A stretch of 64,000 nt of DNA, from contig CM119383.1 of NCBI GenBank assembly GCA_051294905.1, forward strand, positions 5,146,001 to 5,210,000, given 5' to 3'. Every line of letters starts with the position of its first letter. The first letter of the stretch is position 1. Of the stretch, positions 26,601 to 41,762 are shown piece after piece. The notes under the pieces are model-generated. The model was not told the DNA's origin, made no database searches, and worked only from the letters and a program-made list of their open reading frames with translations. The DNA comes from Botryllus schlosseri. Lineage: Eukaryota. The position numbers and the translations under genes were made by a program.

Positions 26601-29600
26601 GGTATATTCCGGTATGCTGATGTTCGTTGTGTCGCAGGTCTATGGACGAATTCGAAGCCGACGTCAATCTCATCGTTACCAATTGCATGACATACAACAC
26701 AAAGGACACAATATTCTATCGGTTAGCTGTGAAACTACGTGACCAGGTCGGTTTCGGTGGCGAATTAGACTCCTCCGAATAGCGCAAAACCTACTAGTAA
26801 AAGTCAAGGTTGTAATGACTCGAGTCATGACTCGAATTGAGTCCGACTCGAGTCAATCTCTGTATTGACTCGACTTGGACTCGAGTCATTGCGCATGACT
26901 CGAACCAAGTCATATGACTGGAAACTCAGACAGCCAAGACCGACATTTCATAGTAATCTTGAAGAATAGTAAAGTTACCACACTATTGGGACTTCATCTA
27001 TCGGTACTGGAACTTGAAAATACGACCATAACCTGCTTAAAGCGAGGTAAATTAGTATATTATAAATGCGAACCATTCGATATCAACAAACAGAGTTATA
27101 AAAAGTAGGTTAACAAGACTTTAACTGGAAACTGAGCAGTCAACACAATGACTTGGACTCTGACTCGAGTCATAATACCATGACTCGGACTCGACCCTCT
27201 GATAGGTGACTTGGACTCGGACTTGACTCGGTGGAGTATTGAAAATGACTCGACTTGACTCGAGTCAAAACCATAAAAATGAGACTCGGGAGCCTTGTGA
27301 CTTGGTTGCAACCCTGATAAAAGTAGAGTTGTATTGCTATTGACCATAAATAGAGTTAATCCCGGTGTAGAAGTAAGAAGTTTTCTCTAAAAAATGATCG
27401 TAGAAGTATTGTGAATCCGTAACCACTAGAGGAGTGTTTCTTGACCTTTTTACCGCTCGTTTGAGCTTTCAGCAAAATTTCTTGTACCCCCTGTCCATTT
27501 TCAACACGACTTCTGATGGTACCTATGAAAAAAATTAAAAAACACTGATTGATGTTGAATCACGCGTAGCGTGAAGAAAATTTTTGATCTGAATATATCT
27601 GCCAAGAAAATATTACATTTTTTGTTGGTTTCGTTGGTGCCTCGATTCCCATACCCTTGGTTCAGAACCCATTCGCTAGAGAGTGTGTATCTCAAGCAAG
27701 TGAGCGCTTCGAAGATGTTGAAGTTGTTGACCTGACCTTTGTTCCAGGGTGGTACCGTTATTCGCAACGCCAAAAGAGACGCGGAAAGAATAGGTTTCGA
27801 CACGGAAACGGGTCTCTTGCTGGACCAGGCGCCCGCGTATCGAGAGGAATCGCCCGGAAAAATGCTAGGCGAAAGTAGGAATTCGCTTAGCTGCTAAATC
27901 GGTCCAGGGTTTTAACGCGTTGTCTTCTTGCTACTTTCAGTCGATCGGATCATCGACGGCCACCAGAGGGACGACCTCAGCCTCGAGGATCAGCTGAAGA
28001 ACCTCTTCGAAAAGCTGGACTTCATCATGACTTTGAAAAACGGCGTCGGTAAAACGTATAAAACCAAAAAGCTGAAGACGGAAATAAAGAAAGTCCGACG
28101 GTAAGGCGCGTTTTAATTAGGGCTCTTCAAAAATGATTTTTTTCTCAAATGGTACTGGCTACTCGATAAAATTGTTAGGTTACCTAATTTAAGCCTACAC
28201 GCAAAATTTGGTTCAATTCCAACCAGTAGCCGCATTGCTACAGGAGAAGACAGTTTCTATTTATTATATAAAAATAACTAACAAAAAATTCTGTTCACCC
28301 CATGAAAGTGTTGAGTTGTCTATAGAAACGATGCTCACCAAATTTGGTTCAATTCCAACCAGTGGAAGCGCAGTTATTGCCGTCGGAAAATTTGGATTAT
28401 GAATAAAATTTTACGGTGACCAATTCCTTAATTATTTATTATAGCGGTGCTCACCGTGAATACTGTTTTATTCCAATCCAAATTTTTCGATCCATGATTC
28501 CATGTTTTTCTCTACAAAGAGGTTGGAGATATTATGATCCCATGTCCTATAATTCTCGTTTATTGCGAAAAAACTAGGACGAAAATATGGCGCCGTGCAG
28601 GGTTGTAGCGACTCGACTCGCGATTTTTGATGACTCGACTTGACTCGAGTCATTTTTTCAAACGTGTAAAACGACTCGACTCGAGTCAATTTTGTACTGG
28701 AATCATTCTGTATGACTCGACCCAAGTCATATGACTCGAGACTAGGGCGGCCAAGTCAGATGTTTCATTGTGACTTCGAAGAATAGTAAAGTGGGTCGAT
28801 CGAGATTGCGCTGAAAACTGAACAGTGAACATAATGACTTGGAATCGAACTCGAGTCAAAACAGGATGACTCGGACTCGACCCTCTACTGGCTGACTTGG
28901 ACTTGGACTTTGAAAATGACTCGACTTGACTCAAGTTAAAACTATAATAGTGAAATTGACTTGTAACCTTGTAACTTGGTTACAACCCTGGCCCCGTGAT
29001 ACTTTTCGTATGAAAATGAATAAAAATGTACACGTTTTTCAACAAAAACAGTAAAAAATAGCACGGTTTCACAGGATTCGACCGTTTTACGTGGTCCTGA
29101 TTGGCAGAACTCGAGAACATGATATATCCTTGCGTTACAGAAAACTGTCCACAAGCAAAAAGATGGCGGAACCCGACAAGCCCCCGGAAGCACCCCAGGC
29201 CACCAAACCCTCCCCTCCGAAATCCGCGAAAAAGAAAGCGGCCTTCGAAGACAACCGCAAAATCGTCTGCAAACCCCCGCCGCCCCTCGTGGTCCGGTCC
29301 GAGAGCTCTCCGGGCCGGTCGAAAAAGAAGAAGCGCCGCCGTAAGCGACTCTGGTCGCACGCCGCCGAATCAAACCCCGACCGGGACGTGCCGCCGAGTA
29401 AAGTCTTGAAACGCAGCCTCAGCGCCACGGCCGGCGAGGACGTTTCCTCAAACGACTCCAGCCGGGGCAGTGTGGGCCGGCGGTCTTCCGTGTTGTTTAA
29501 TAAAAAGAAGAGACGTTGTGAGCCTGTTTCGAGTCGCGACTCGGATAACGCCGGGTCAAAGGCGGGCTGTGACGTTCGTGCACTGTCTGACTCGGCGTTG

Positions 29601-32600
29601 AAAATGAGTCTGCCGGGGCATGTGCGGAAGACGAGGTCTTCCGACTCGAACGAGTCGGGGGACTGCGGCGGGGCAGTGTCGGATAACAAAGGGAAATCGT
29701 TGACGAACGGATACTTGTCCTGTCCGGGTGAGTGATTTGCGGAGATTTACTTCTAGTTTTCGGAGCAATCACGTTTCAAGTAGGCTTTGGCTACACATTA
29801 GGGTTGTTCAAAAAAACCTTTTGCTTCAGATTTCACTGGCTACTTGATAAAATTGTTAGGTCGGTTAAACAAACGCTGCACACCAGCTTTGGCTCAATTC
29901 CAACCCGTAGAAGCGAGATTCGTCCAGTAGAAAGTTTTGAATCTATGATTAGAAAATAGAAATTCCAAAATTTTTCTGTCAACCCCGTAAAATTGTTAGG
30001 CTGTCAGTAGAGATGATGTACACCCAATTTGGCCCGATTCCAACTACTAGGAGCGAAGTTATTGCAGTAGAAAAATTTGGATTTGAATAAAATAGTATTT
30101 ACGGTGACTAACTTACTACACGTACTTCCGAATTCCGTGTCCGTGTTGGATTCGCTCTCCATCAAGCTCGAGACATTGCGAAGCATATTCAACCATGAAA
30201 TTGAGGGTTGTTTTTAAGCAGATTATATTGGTCTGTAAATGAGCTAGGCCTACTCTGACTTGAGAAAGTTGTTCACTTCGTTATGCGACGCGCTATGCGG
30301 CCTCAGTAATATTACCCGGCCCTGTTTAAATAAGCTCTCGGCAAATAAAGTACATGCCCACGTGGGTCGTTTCAACGCCTTCCTATCTTTTCATTGTATC
30401 GCAATCGCGTGGTGCATTGATCTGATGAAATAATTGTTGAACGGACACTTATGCATGACTGATCCTTGCACATATGTGAAACAGATTTCTTAGTTTTGCC
30501 TCGTTCTGCAGCCAACAAAAACGCCAGGTCTGGCAGCTTCAGTCGGTACCGGGACGAATTGAGGCGGCGGCATACCAGCTCGGACACGGACACCACATCG
30601 ACTTCAAGCGGCAACGATAACGGGTACTGAAACATCTAAATTTCCTGTTGAACAACGTTTTTCGCTTCCTACGATGGTCCCAATTTTAACGCCGTGCTGG
30701 AGTTCTGCGCAAGTCTCGTCTGGTCGTGTGATTTTTGTTTGTTTTGAAATATTTGCCGCGACTTGATATGAACTGGTCTGTAATTATCAACGGTTATGAA
30801 TATTCAGGGTTGCCGTGCCATTCTTTACTCTCGGGTAACTCGGAGCCACATATTTGTAAGAGTTCTGGAACGGACGACAATAATGGCAGGCAATTTCTCT
30901 GCCAGATCGTCGTACACCGTTTTGGTGCGATATGCGTATAAAACTTAACAGCCTCGAATGTGTGCTGATACCTCGTGTTGAATGAGTGTCGTTGAATAAT
31001 GATGTCATTGATTGTTTGGTACAATGTTGCATGACAGTGAACATCTGAGGAAAGTGTTGGTGACGATTTTTGATTGAATCACGTCGTACGATCGCAAATG
31101 TCGAGACCACGTATTCCTAAATCTGATTGGTGCGCAGAGAGAGAGCTCCTAATTCACGGATTTTTCAGAACACTCTCCCATGGTTCATAGCGCCCGCAGC
31201 ACACCCTTCATCTTTCAACCCCCGCAATCGCTCAATTTGTAGCAAGCGCCCCCATTGAGTTCGTAATCGCCCCAGGGGAGCGCTGCCCACTTTTAGAACC
31301 ATTGTAGTAGACCCTGACGAGTGTCAGCCGAAAATTTTCGGGTTTATTTCAATAGGAATATAATGTTCAATTGTGTGTTGAAGTTCTGACCTTGAAGCTA
31401 TTCAAATACTTATACTTGGGTACCTACAATGAATATTAGGGCTGTTCGAAAAACACTTTTTCCTTAAGATTTCACTGGCTACTTGATAAAATTGTTAGGT
31501 TGGTTAAAAAAACGCTGCACACCAACTTTGGCTCAATTCCAACCAGTAGAAGCGAAATTATTGCAGTAGAAAGTTTTGAATTTATCATTAAAAAATAGAA
31601 AAAATGAAATTTCAAAATTTTTTCGGTAACCATATGAAATTGTTAGGCTGTCAGTAGAGATGATTGATACCGTACCAAATTTGGCTCAATTTGGGTATTT
31701 TTCGAATCTGAAACGCGTGCCATCTGTTCCAGGAAAAGCGAAAACAAGAAGAAAAAATCCACGAAAATGGGCCTCTTCATGCCGCGACGCGCCTCTTGCT
31801 CCGTCATGGAAGCCAGGCGGCGTACCATGGGGTGCGACAACAGCCCTACCTCATCCAACTGCGATTCGGACGACGTGAAAGGCGCGCCAGGAGGTGCGTA
31901 AAATTTTTGTTCCGCGCTCAGGATATTTTCTCCGCAACGCCGCTTTTGCGTTTTAGTTCCGCGCAAGCGACGCAGGACCACGGGCAGTTCGTCGACGGAA
32001 GATGATGGTGATCCATGCAGTCTGGCGCCACTGGACCTCGTGTGGGCTAAGTGCCGCGGATACCCTTCTTATCCAGCCCTGGTAATGTTTTGTTCGTTGA
32101 TTTATTAATGCTTTCATCAGTTCAAAACACCGCGGGTTTGCGATAAAATGACAGGATAGAAAGGATTTGAAATGACTTAGACACCTAGGCCTAGGTCTGT
32201 AATATTTGGTTTTAAATTTTACTGGTCCGTAAGCTGGCAAGGTTGAAAACCACTGTTTTAAACAACTAATAAACTCCACCCTTGAATGGATTTGAACCAA
32301 GTTTTCAGCAACTTATTCCAGTGTTGCACTCTACATTTGAATCATGCTTTTGAGCGACTTGAATTGTCTTGACTCGAGTCACAGCCTGAAAATCAGTTGA
32401 CTTGACTCAGACTCGACGGTTGAGAACTGTCGAACGCCTCGTGGCTAGAGCCATATTGTCGAGTGACTCGAGTCTCTTCGAAAATTTGTATGACTCGACT
32501 CGTGAGCGGGGAAATTTTGAAATGACTCGTGCAATGAAAGTTTTCGTGGCTTAAAATGACTCGGGTCGACTCAAGCCGCTCTTGCAGGGTTTTAACCAAG

Positions 32601-34683
32601 TCGTAAGGTTCCGAGTCGCAAGTCAATCTCACTTTTATAGGTTTGACTCGAGTCAATTCAAGTCATTATCAATTCACAACCGATTCAATTCAGCTAGTAG
32701 AGGGTCAGGACTGATAGACGAAATAATGTGGTTACTTTACTATTCTTTGAAGTTACAATGAAATGTCTGTCTTGGCGTCCTCGTCTCGAGTCATATGACT
32801 TCGTTTGAGTCAATACAAAAATGACTCGAGTTGAGTTTGGCAACGAATTTGAGTCGCTGCCCTAAATTGACTTGACTCGGACTCGATGTGCGAGAACCGT
32901 GATCCGACTCGTGAATCTACTAACAAAATTTTGAAATGACTCGACTTGACTAGAATGCTGTGACTCAAGTCCCAACACTGATGTATACGGACGGGCGCCG
33001 CAAGGTCATGTCGGACAACATAATTTTGTGAACCTCTGTCGCAGATCATTGACCCGGCGATGCCGAGGACCGGGTATCAGGACAACGGCGTACCGATTCC
33101 TGTCCCGCCGTTCGACGTTCTGAAGGCGGCCGACGGCCGACCGAAAACGATGCGGCTTTATCTCGTGCTTTTTTTCGACAACAAACGAACGTGGTACGTG
33201 GGCCTTACAGTAAAAACGCTCAAATTGCTCTTGATTTAATTTGCAAAAAAGTCCGCATTTGTAAGCTTGTGTCTGTTGGCAGATTCAGTTTACTTGTGGG
33301 TACCGCGTACCGGTATGCAATCAAGTGACATAATGCTCGGTAACGAATTCAACTGGTTGTTTGTTTACGTTACACACGTTTTCTAGCAAAACTGCTTACT
33401 TTGTACGCTAGGGTTAGGGTTAGAGTTTTAGAATATGCTTGCGTCTTATTTATGAGTGAAATGAAACCTCATGACGAATCCTACTTTTGGAGACTACCAG
33501 CTCGAATACTTTTCATATTTTTTTTTTTAAGTTTCGACATAGAAACTTGAATTTGCCACCCCTACTTGTAATTGAGACTTAACCAAACCTACCCAACCTC
33601 TCGGCGCGCTTGAAGTTGTAATTCTTCACATGCCTTTTGTGCTTCTCTGTACGCTCGAAGTAGTTTTAACCTCGAGTAGTTTTAAGTCTGCTAATTATTA
33701 ATTATGGAACCACCTACCGTGATTACTATTATTGCAAATCGGAAATTTCGAACACCAGTAACTTCACTTCTACTGGTTGGGATTGAGCCAAATTTGTGAC
33801 ACATTGTTCGTTTGGACAAGTTAACAATTTCATGGAGTTACCAGTAAAAATTGAAAAAAAATATTCATTTTTTAATAAGTCTATAATTTTCGAACTTCAA
33901 TAGCTTCACTTCTGCGGGTTGGGATTGAGCCAAATTAGGTGAGCAGTTTTTTTTAAAAATTTTATCGAACAACCCTAATGAACACCGATGACGTGACTGA
34001 GCATTAAGGCTGTTCAAAAAAAAACTTTTTCAGATTTCACTACTTATTTCATTATTATGTTGGCTAAATTCCAACCAGTAGAAGCAAAGTTATTACTGTA
34101 GAAAAATTTGGATTCGAATATAATAGTATTTACGGTGGCTAACTATTTCATTATTTACTATAAAAACATGGAATTAGAAATTTTTCTACTGCAATCACTT
34201 CGCTTCAGGTGATCGGAATCGAGCCGAATTTGGTGTGGCTCATCTCAACTGACAGCCTGGCAATTTTATAGGGTAGACAGGAAAATTTGAAATTTCATTT
34301 TTTAAATAATAATTTCAAAACTTTCTACAGGTTGGAATTGGGCCAAATGTGGTGTGCAGCGTTTTATTTCGCCAACCTAACAATTTTATCACGTAGCCTG
34401 TGAAATCTGAAGAAATTTTGATTTTCTGAACATTGTAAGCATTTTAATTTACAGGCAGTGGCTGCCCGCGTCGAAGCTGAAGCCTCTGGGCCGCGACGAA
34501 AAGTCGGACCAACTCCGCCTGTACGAGGGCAAGCGTCCCGGAATTCGACGCAGCGTGACCCAGGCCTATCACAGGGCGATCATTCATCAACGCAAGGTGG
34601 CCGGGATCATCCCGGAAAGCGACGACAACGCCAACAACGGGAATTTGGCGGAGGAGGAGGACTCAAGCGACTCGGTGCACTGA
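17624..34683 (+). CDS. BRPF1: BRPF1/peregrin, about 1298 aa (C2H2, EPC-like, PHD-ZnK-PHD, bromodomain, PWWP). Exons 17624-17979, 18919-19312, 21171-21599, 21943-22137, 23384-23649, 24471-24627, 25367-25513, 25847-26040, 26638-26746, 27748-27874, 27941-28100, 29141-29727, 30512-30623, 31733-31893, 31957-32081, 33045-33193, 34455-34683
   Basis: [26 protein letters not shown]; VEYDMDEED; [45 protein letters not shown]; [18 protein letters not shown]; [12 protein letters not shown]; bromodomain [21 protein letters not shown]; [24 protein letters not shown]. All junctions are GT-AG and phase-consistent (3897 nt). Confidence 0.95.
18088..18169 (+). repeat. Penelope-like terminal repeat copy with internal deletion in the ribozyme core
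   Basis: gttgctgacg..cccctgacg|cgggtttatttcaatatgaatataacattcaattgtgtattgaagttttgtacctc. Confidence 0.7.
18273..18795. mobile_element. Family 1 hAT-like MITE, 523 bp, TIR CAGGGTTGTA
   Basis: TIRs cagggttgta / tacaaccctg; TSD CTTTGTTT / CTTTGTAT (7/8); dense GACTCGAGTC motifs. Confidence 0.88.
19344..19455 (+). repeat. Diverged Penelope-like terminal repeat copy
   Basis: gttgctgacgattacctctgactggtgttagccgatgatattcg...tcaatatg...attcaattgtattttg. Confidence 0.65.
21607..21625 (+). repeat. Poly-G run (19 G) 7 nt into the BRPF1 intron after exon 3
   Basis: gtgagtc followed by G19. Confidence 0.85.
22516..23223. mobile_element. hAT-Charlie-like MITE, 708 bp, TIR CAGTGGTTCCCAACC
   Basis: cagtggttcccaacc ... 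ggttgggaatcactg (14/15 match); TSD CTATAATG / CTATAATA (7/8). Confidence 0.85.
23786..23860 (+). repeat. 5'-truncated Penelope-like terminal repeat copy
   Basis: gaaaatattcgggtttatttcaatatgaat...ttgtatgttgaagatctgtacctcc. Confidence 0.65.
24735..24825 (-). repeat. Penelope-like terminal repeat copy, reverse orientation
   Basis: The plus strand reads attcatattgaaat...ggctgacgcttgtcaggggtaatcgtcag, the reverse complement of the consensus. Confidence 0.65.
25721..25740. repeat. (CT)10 microsatellite
   Basis: Direct read. Confidence 0.9.
26225..26380 (+). repeat. Penelope-like terminal repeat copy (CUGANGA box mutated)
   Basis: ttgttgatatacaatgttctt...gttgttgacgattatcccc...tgtcagccgaaaatattcgggttcatttcaatatgaa...gaagttcagtacctcc. 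Confidence 0.75.
26805..27316. mobile_element. Family 1 hAT-like MITE, 512 bp
   Basis: caaggttgta ... tgcaaccctg; TSD GTAAAAGT / ATAAAAGT (7/8). Confidence 0.85.
28118..28495. mobile_element. Truncated family 2 fold-back MITE
   Basis: The left arm is near-identical to 12115-12420; only about 40 bp of the right arm remains. Confidence 0.8.
28598..28990. mobile_element. Family 1 hAT-like MITE, 393 bp
   Basis: cagggttgta ... tacaaccctg; TSD GCGCCGTG / GCCCCGTG (7/8). Confidence 0.85.
29799..30110. mobile_element. Family 2 fold-back MITE, single arm
   Basis: tagggttgttcaaaaaa...ggctcaattccaacc.gtagaagcg...aaaaatttggatttgaataaaatagtatttacggt. Confidence 0.75.
31311..31343 (+). ncRNA. Minimalist type I hammerhead ribozyme motif within a Penelope-like terminal repeat (repeat extends to about 31400)
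   Basis: acc-CTGACGA-gtgtcagcc-GAAA-attt-TC-gggt: catalytic boxes CUGANGA and GAAA plus a UUC cleavage triplet; short helix I. Confidence 0.6.
31437..31695. mobile_element. Family 2 fold-back MITE, single arm
   Basis: taggggctgttcgaaaaac...ggctcaattccaaccagtagaagcg. Confidence 0.75.
32370..32980. mobile_element. Composite or nested family 1 GACTCGAGTC elements
   Basis: Internal TIR-like cagggttttaacc at about 32585; terminal cccaacactg at 32980; abundant GACTCGAG motifs. Confidence 0.65.
33720..34430. mobile_element. Two family 2 fold-back MITE fragments: a right arm ending 33977 and a new copy starting 34005
   Basis: ...cgaacaacccta|atgaacac and gcat|taaggctgttcaaaaa...; ccaaccagtagaagc modules in both orientations. 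Confidence 0.7.
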
Positions 34684-36037
34684 GATTTGCGGTTATGCCG
34701 GCTTGAAATGTTAGCGAGATGAAATGCTATTGCTCGAAGGTTTACCGTGATGTACTCGGGAGTTTTTCGGACCGTTATATGAACGGCCGTCGTTTATCGG
34801 TAAAAAAGTGCTTTAATATTTACATTTGTTTCACGGCACGTAAGCAGGGCTGGGCAAAAAAATCGCTAATACTTTAGCAGTTGGGCGCCAACATAACTGA
34901 TTTGACCACCTCTGCATAATCGTAACGAGGATAATCACTTTGAAAGTTCATATATGTATCATTTTGCTGCCGCACGAATATTCGCTGCCGAGGCTTCAAC
35001 AATTGAAATAAAGTATCGAAACTCTATTTCTCATTGATGAACTACTACTGAAGTCATGTCTCTTGAATCGTTACAATTGATAGTATGCTCGAATTCGGTT
35101 ACTGAAATCACGGCGCCCAGCCCTAAGTGATTGTAGTTATAGTTTCGCAACAACCTCCAATGCGATTGTATCTGGCGATGGAAATCGTTGTGATAGTTTT
35201 GTTTAGTCTTTATACCACAGGCTGATTGTTTTGAGTGGTTTTCGGATGAACTGCGCACGTGGGATCGCAATTTTTATTTTCTTCATTTATTACGTAGTCA
35301 ATGCTACTCTATTTATGAGGACATGTTAACACCTGTGTCTCCAACTTTATTAATGTTTTTCCTATTTCATTCGCCGATTTTCAAAGAAAGTCTTGTTACG
35401 TGTCTTGATTTCGTGTCGCTATTGTAAATATTCAATACATCTCTTTTGTAGTATCGCGGAAATCGACTTGATTTATTGCTTCCAGCCAAGGCAACAAGTC
35501 CCACTGCAATTGTATTAATTATATCAACCGTTGTACACTCAAGTTGTCATTAGGGTCGAAAATTACTAGAATACTATTCTACTTCACAGGCAGTAGTTTG
35601 GAAACAATCGTAAAGGTATCTACTGGAAGTAGGCAAGATCCACATGAATATTCCAAGAATTAGAAGTACTGAAGTAGCGTATTTTGTTGATTGACCACAC
35701 CTGACTACCAACTGAAGGCACATTTGTCCCCAAAGTGGGATTTTCTGATCAGCTTCCGACAAAACAGCTCGTTGCCAAGAACACAGCAGCCGTAAACAAG
35801 TAAAATTTATTCAATAAGACATTCGTGATTGCACAGTGAAATATATTGCCTACAGATGATACCAATTATCAACAATAAATGCATGCTTCATCAATTGATG
35901 ATCACAGAAATTTTCTGTAGCGCATACCAAAGTGGGATCTCAGAAATTATTTCCACATGGATAACAGGATAAAACTATCGATGGCGTCTTAAGCTAATAT
36001 TTATTGCCACGGTCTACATGGGCTTAGCTTACACCCT

Positions 36038-36287
36038 TCATTTTTCCTCACTAATCTTCCCTTCCACCCCGAACAGTATTGAAAACATTTCCCGGCTTTG
36101 ATGATCAGCTAGATAAGCGGCAAACTGTCCGAGATCCATGTGATAGTCTCTGCCACCGTGGACACCAAAGTTTTTTTCGGACACAGGTTCGCAAAACTTT
36201 TTAACAAAAGAACCGCTTCCGTCTGGTTTGAAAACACCATCCTCCCGGTGAACGAGGGATAATCTCTTCCAAGTTTGACGCCTCATC
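36038..36287 (-). CDS. RWDD2B: RWDD2 alternative duplicated last coding exon (isoform B, 294 aa when joined to the three shared exons)
   Basis: Acceptor ttattctgtttag|G in the same phase (2) as exon A. Intact frame RMRRQTWKRLSLVHRED..GRDYHMDLGQF..ILFGVEGKISEEK*, collinear with exon A. Confidence 0.8.
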
Positions 36288-36836
36288 CTAAACAGAATAA
36301 ATTACATAACATCATCTGGATGATTGCAAATGAAACATGTGTATGTGCAGAAGAGCGTGTGTGTCATTTCACCTCTTCATATCAAGTCAGTGGTTGGTGT
36401 GGGAATTACAATGCGTTGTATTTTGAAATTTAAAAAGCATTACGAGTATTTCGATAGATTTATATGCCTCTACGTGTGAAATTGTTACAACTACCTAACC
36501 TGGTGATGCAGCCGCTCAATCATGGTAACAACAAATTTTCTCAAAAATCACACCAGTGTGTGCATGATTTTGAACGTATTCACTGATTTAACAAACTTCT
36601 GTAACACCCTGTGCCAATCTAATTCTGCCAATCTAATTCGTCAAACTATTTGAGTAGTTTTGAGACCCTTTGCGTTCTACCATTATTTGAAATGGCATGG
36701 CTTCAAAATTGCAAATTCTACTTAAAAATTGATTTGTCCTTCATATATCTTGCCTCAACTTAGACTTAATAACATAGCGTACACACATCTCGTTAAAATT
36801 TCATAACCTCGTCACTAGATCATTACATCCTTACCC

Positions 36837-39675
<2,839 letters not shown>

Positions 39676-41762
39676 GAGGCTTTGGTACTTTCATTTATCG
39701 TGTACCAGTTAGCGCCCTGTAGGCTGCTAATATTCTATCAGCTGCAGTTTGCAGTTGGCATTTGTATTGCTACGTTCACGATTGGCACACCCATAACATA
39801 CCTCCCGATTTCATTGACTGGAACGTGTTGGAAATTCTTGCTGCTAGGGTCCACCAATATTCATGCATCCCGGTAAATAACTATGGCTTTAAATTTTTAA
39901 GAAATAAATTCAATACTTGTAACGACAAATGAATAATGAAGTCTGCCTTGACCTGAGGCATTCCTGAAGCAAAAGTAGGCCGGGTCATGACCTCAAGCGG
40001 ATAGCGAATTTTCCTTCTTGTTGTTGTTGAAGATTGCATTTGTGGTTGATCGCCTGCAAATTCATCGCTATCTACCTGCTGTTTTCTTCGGGCCAATGTG
40101 GTAGGTAGGTGCGATTTATCATTAAGACGTACGTAAACTATTACCTGGTCCTTATTGACACACTTGCTATAGACAGATAGATATTAGACTCGATTTATAA
40201 TCTTTAAATGATGGTATTGCAACCTACTGTATATGGCGTAGGCGTATGATGTATATCTTGGGAGTTTATTCACTGTTAGTGTACTATAATGGGTTCGGTA
40301 TCAATATCTACACTCCATGTGAAGATCAGGCATGCTTTAATTGTGTGGTAATCGGTATAGCAACAATGTAGCTTATTTGTTGCTCAATGAGAAGTCAAAT
40401 CTTAACTGCTGTGACTCTGACGGTTAATTGCTGTGTCGGTAATCTGATCACTATCAAATAATCCTCAACTTTCAACTCAAGTTCTTGATCATGGCATCAT
40501 GGCGACTCCCCCCAAACACTTCCTCAACACCACCTCCAGGGGTTTATTCGAAAAGTAATGGAACTTCGCGAACGATCTCAATGGAAAACATGCAAGTAGG
40601 CGCAAGACTGGCATTATCGTGTAAAAGCATGGTTGTCATTGCGTCAAAATTTAGCAGCCTGGTTTATGTTGGTAGTTGGTCCAATGCTGGAGATGGCCTG
40701 GCTGCGACATTTCAGAGTTACTGGCATGCGTGTGTACATTTGAATGCGCTGTTTGGGTAAACACATATGAATATTGTTTGGCTTTTTTTCGATTACAGTA
40801 CGTAAAGTGTAGCTTACTGTAGAATAGGCCTGTAAGCAGGGAAAGACCATTAAGGAATCAAGCAACCGGGTTCGTTGTGTGTGTGCAACTGAACTTTGAG
40901 TGTGCAGACGTCTTTTGAACATGTTCTTTTATTTGGTAATGTATGGTGGGGGGTATGCCAGACTGGAAACAGTGGTTGTTTTCAGCAATAAGTTGTGCGT
41001 GACAGATGGATTTCTTGCATAGAATAATTGAGTCATTAAGAGGAAAGTTACGTGTGACGTTGTCAGCAATTCCGCTCTGGGGTATATGTAGTGTGATAAG
41101 CAAGTTTCATCGATTGACTTGACCAAGGCTTTCCAACTCATTCCTTTTTTCTATGTATTGCCATTCTTCTGGTATAGCCTACATCTTAGATTGCAAAATT
41201 ATCATGAAGCAATGACATAAAGCTGTCTGTGGCGAGTTGGTGTGATTATGTTCGCAAAAAGATCTGTCATCTTTACAATAAGATCAGTCACCTTATTGTC
41301 AACATAATCGCAGAAAACCTGTAGCACTAGACTAGTCCATTAATTTTATATTGCTTCGTATTAGAGCGTTTGCGTCGTCTTTCTGAGTCCTTTCATCGAT
41401 AATATGTTGTTGGCCTATCAATTATTCTCAGTGTCAGATCCCTGTCATATTTCACAGATTTCTTGGTTGCCATCGATAAATACTGACTATAGTAAGGAAA
41501 TAAAGCTTACAAATTCAGACAAATCTTTCAAAAACGGTACAGAATAACAAAAATATTATCTATAAAAACTTTGTCGTTTTTGAAGTATTTTGTTCTGAAG
41601 AATGGTAGTAATAATGTGATGTTGATCGTGTGCGCACATTTCCCGCCGATGCATCTTGGTCTGATTTCTTTCATTGAGAAATCATGGAGAATATTTCATA
41701 TATCCCCTTCTCTTCTTTGGATTTCATGCGTCGAACCATTTTCCTTGTTGCGTTGTCTTATT

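Noticed and set aside
33409-33425. TAGGGTTAGGGTTAGAG, telomere-like
   Set aside because: Only about 2.5 units; too short to call an interstitial telomeric repeat.
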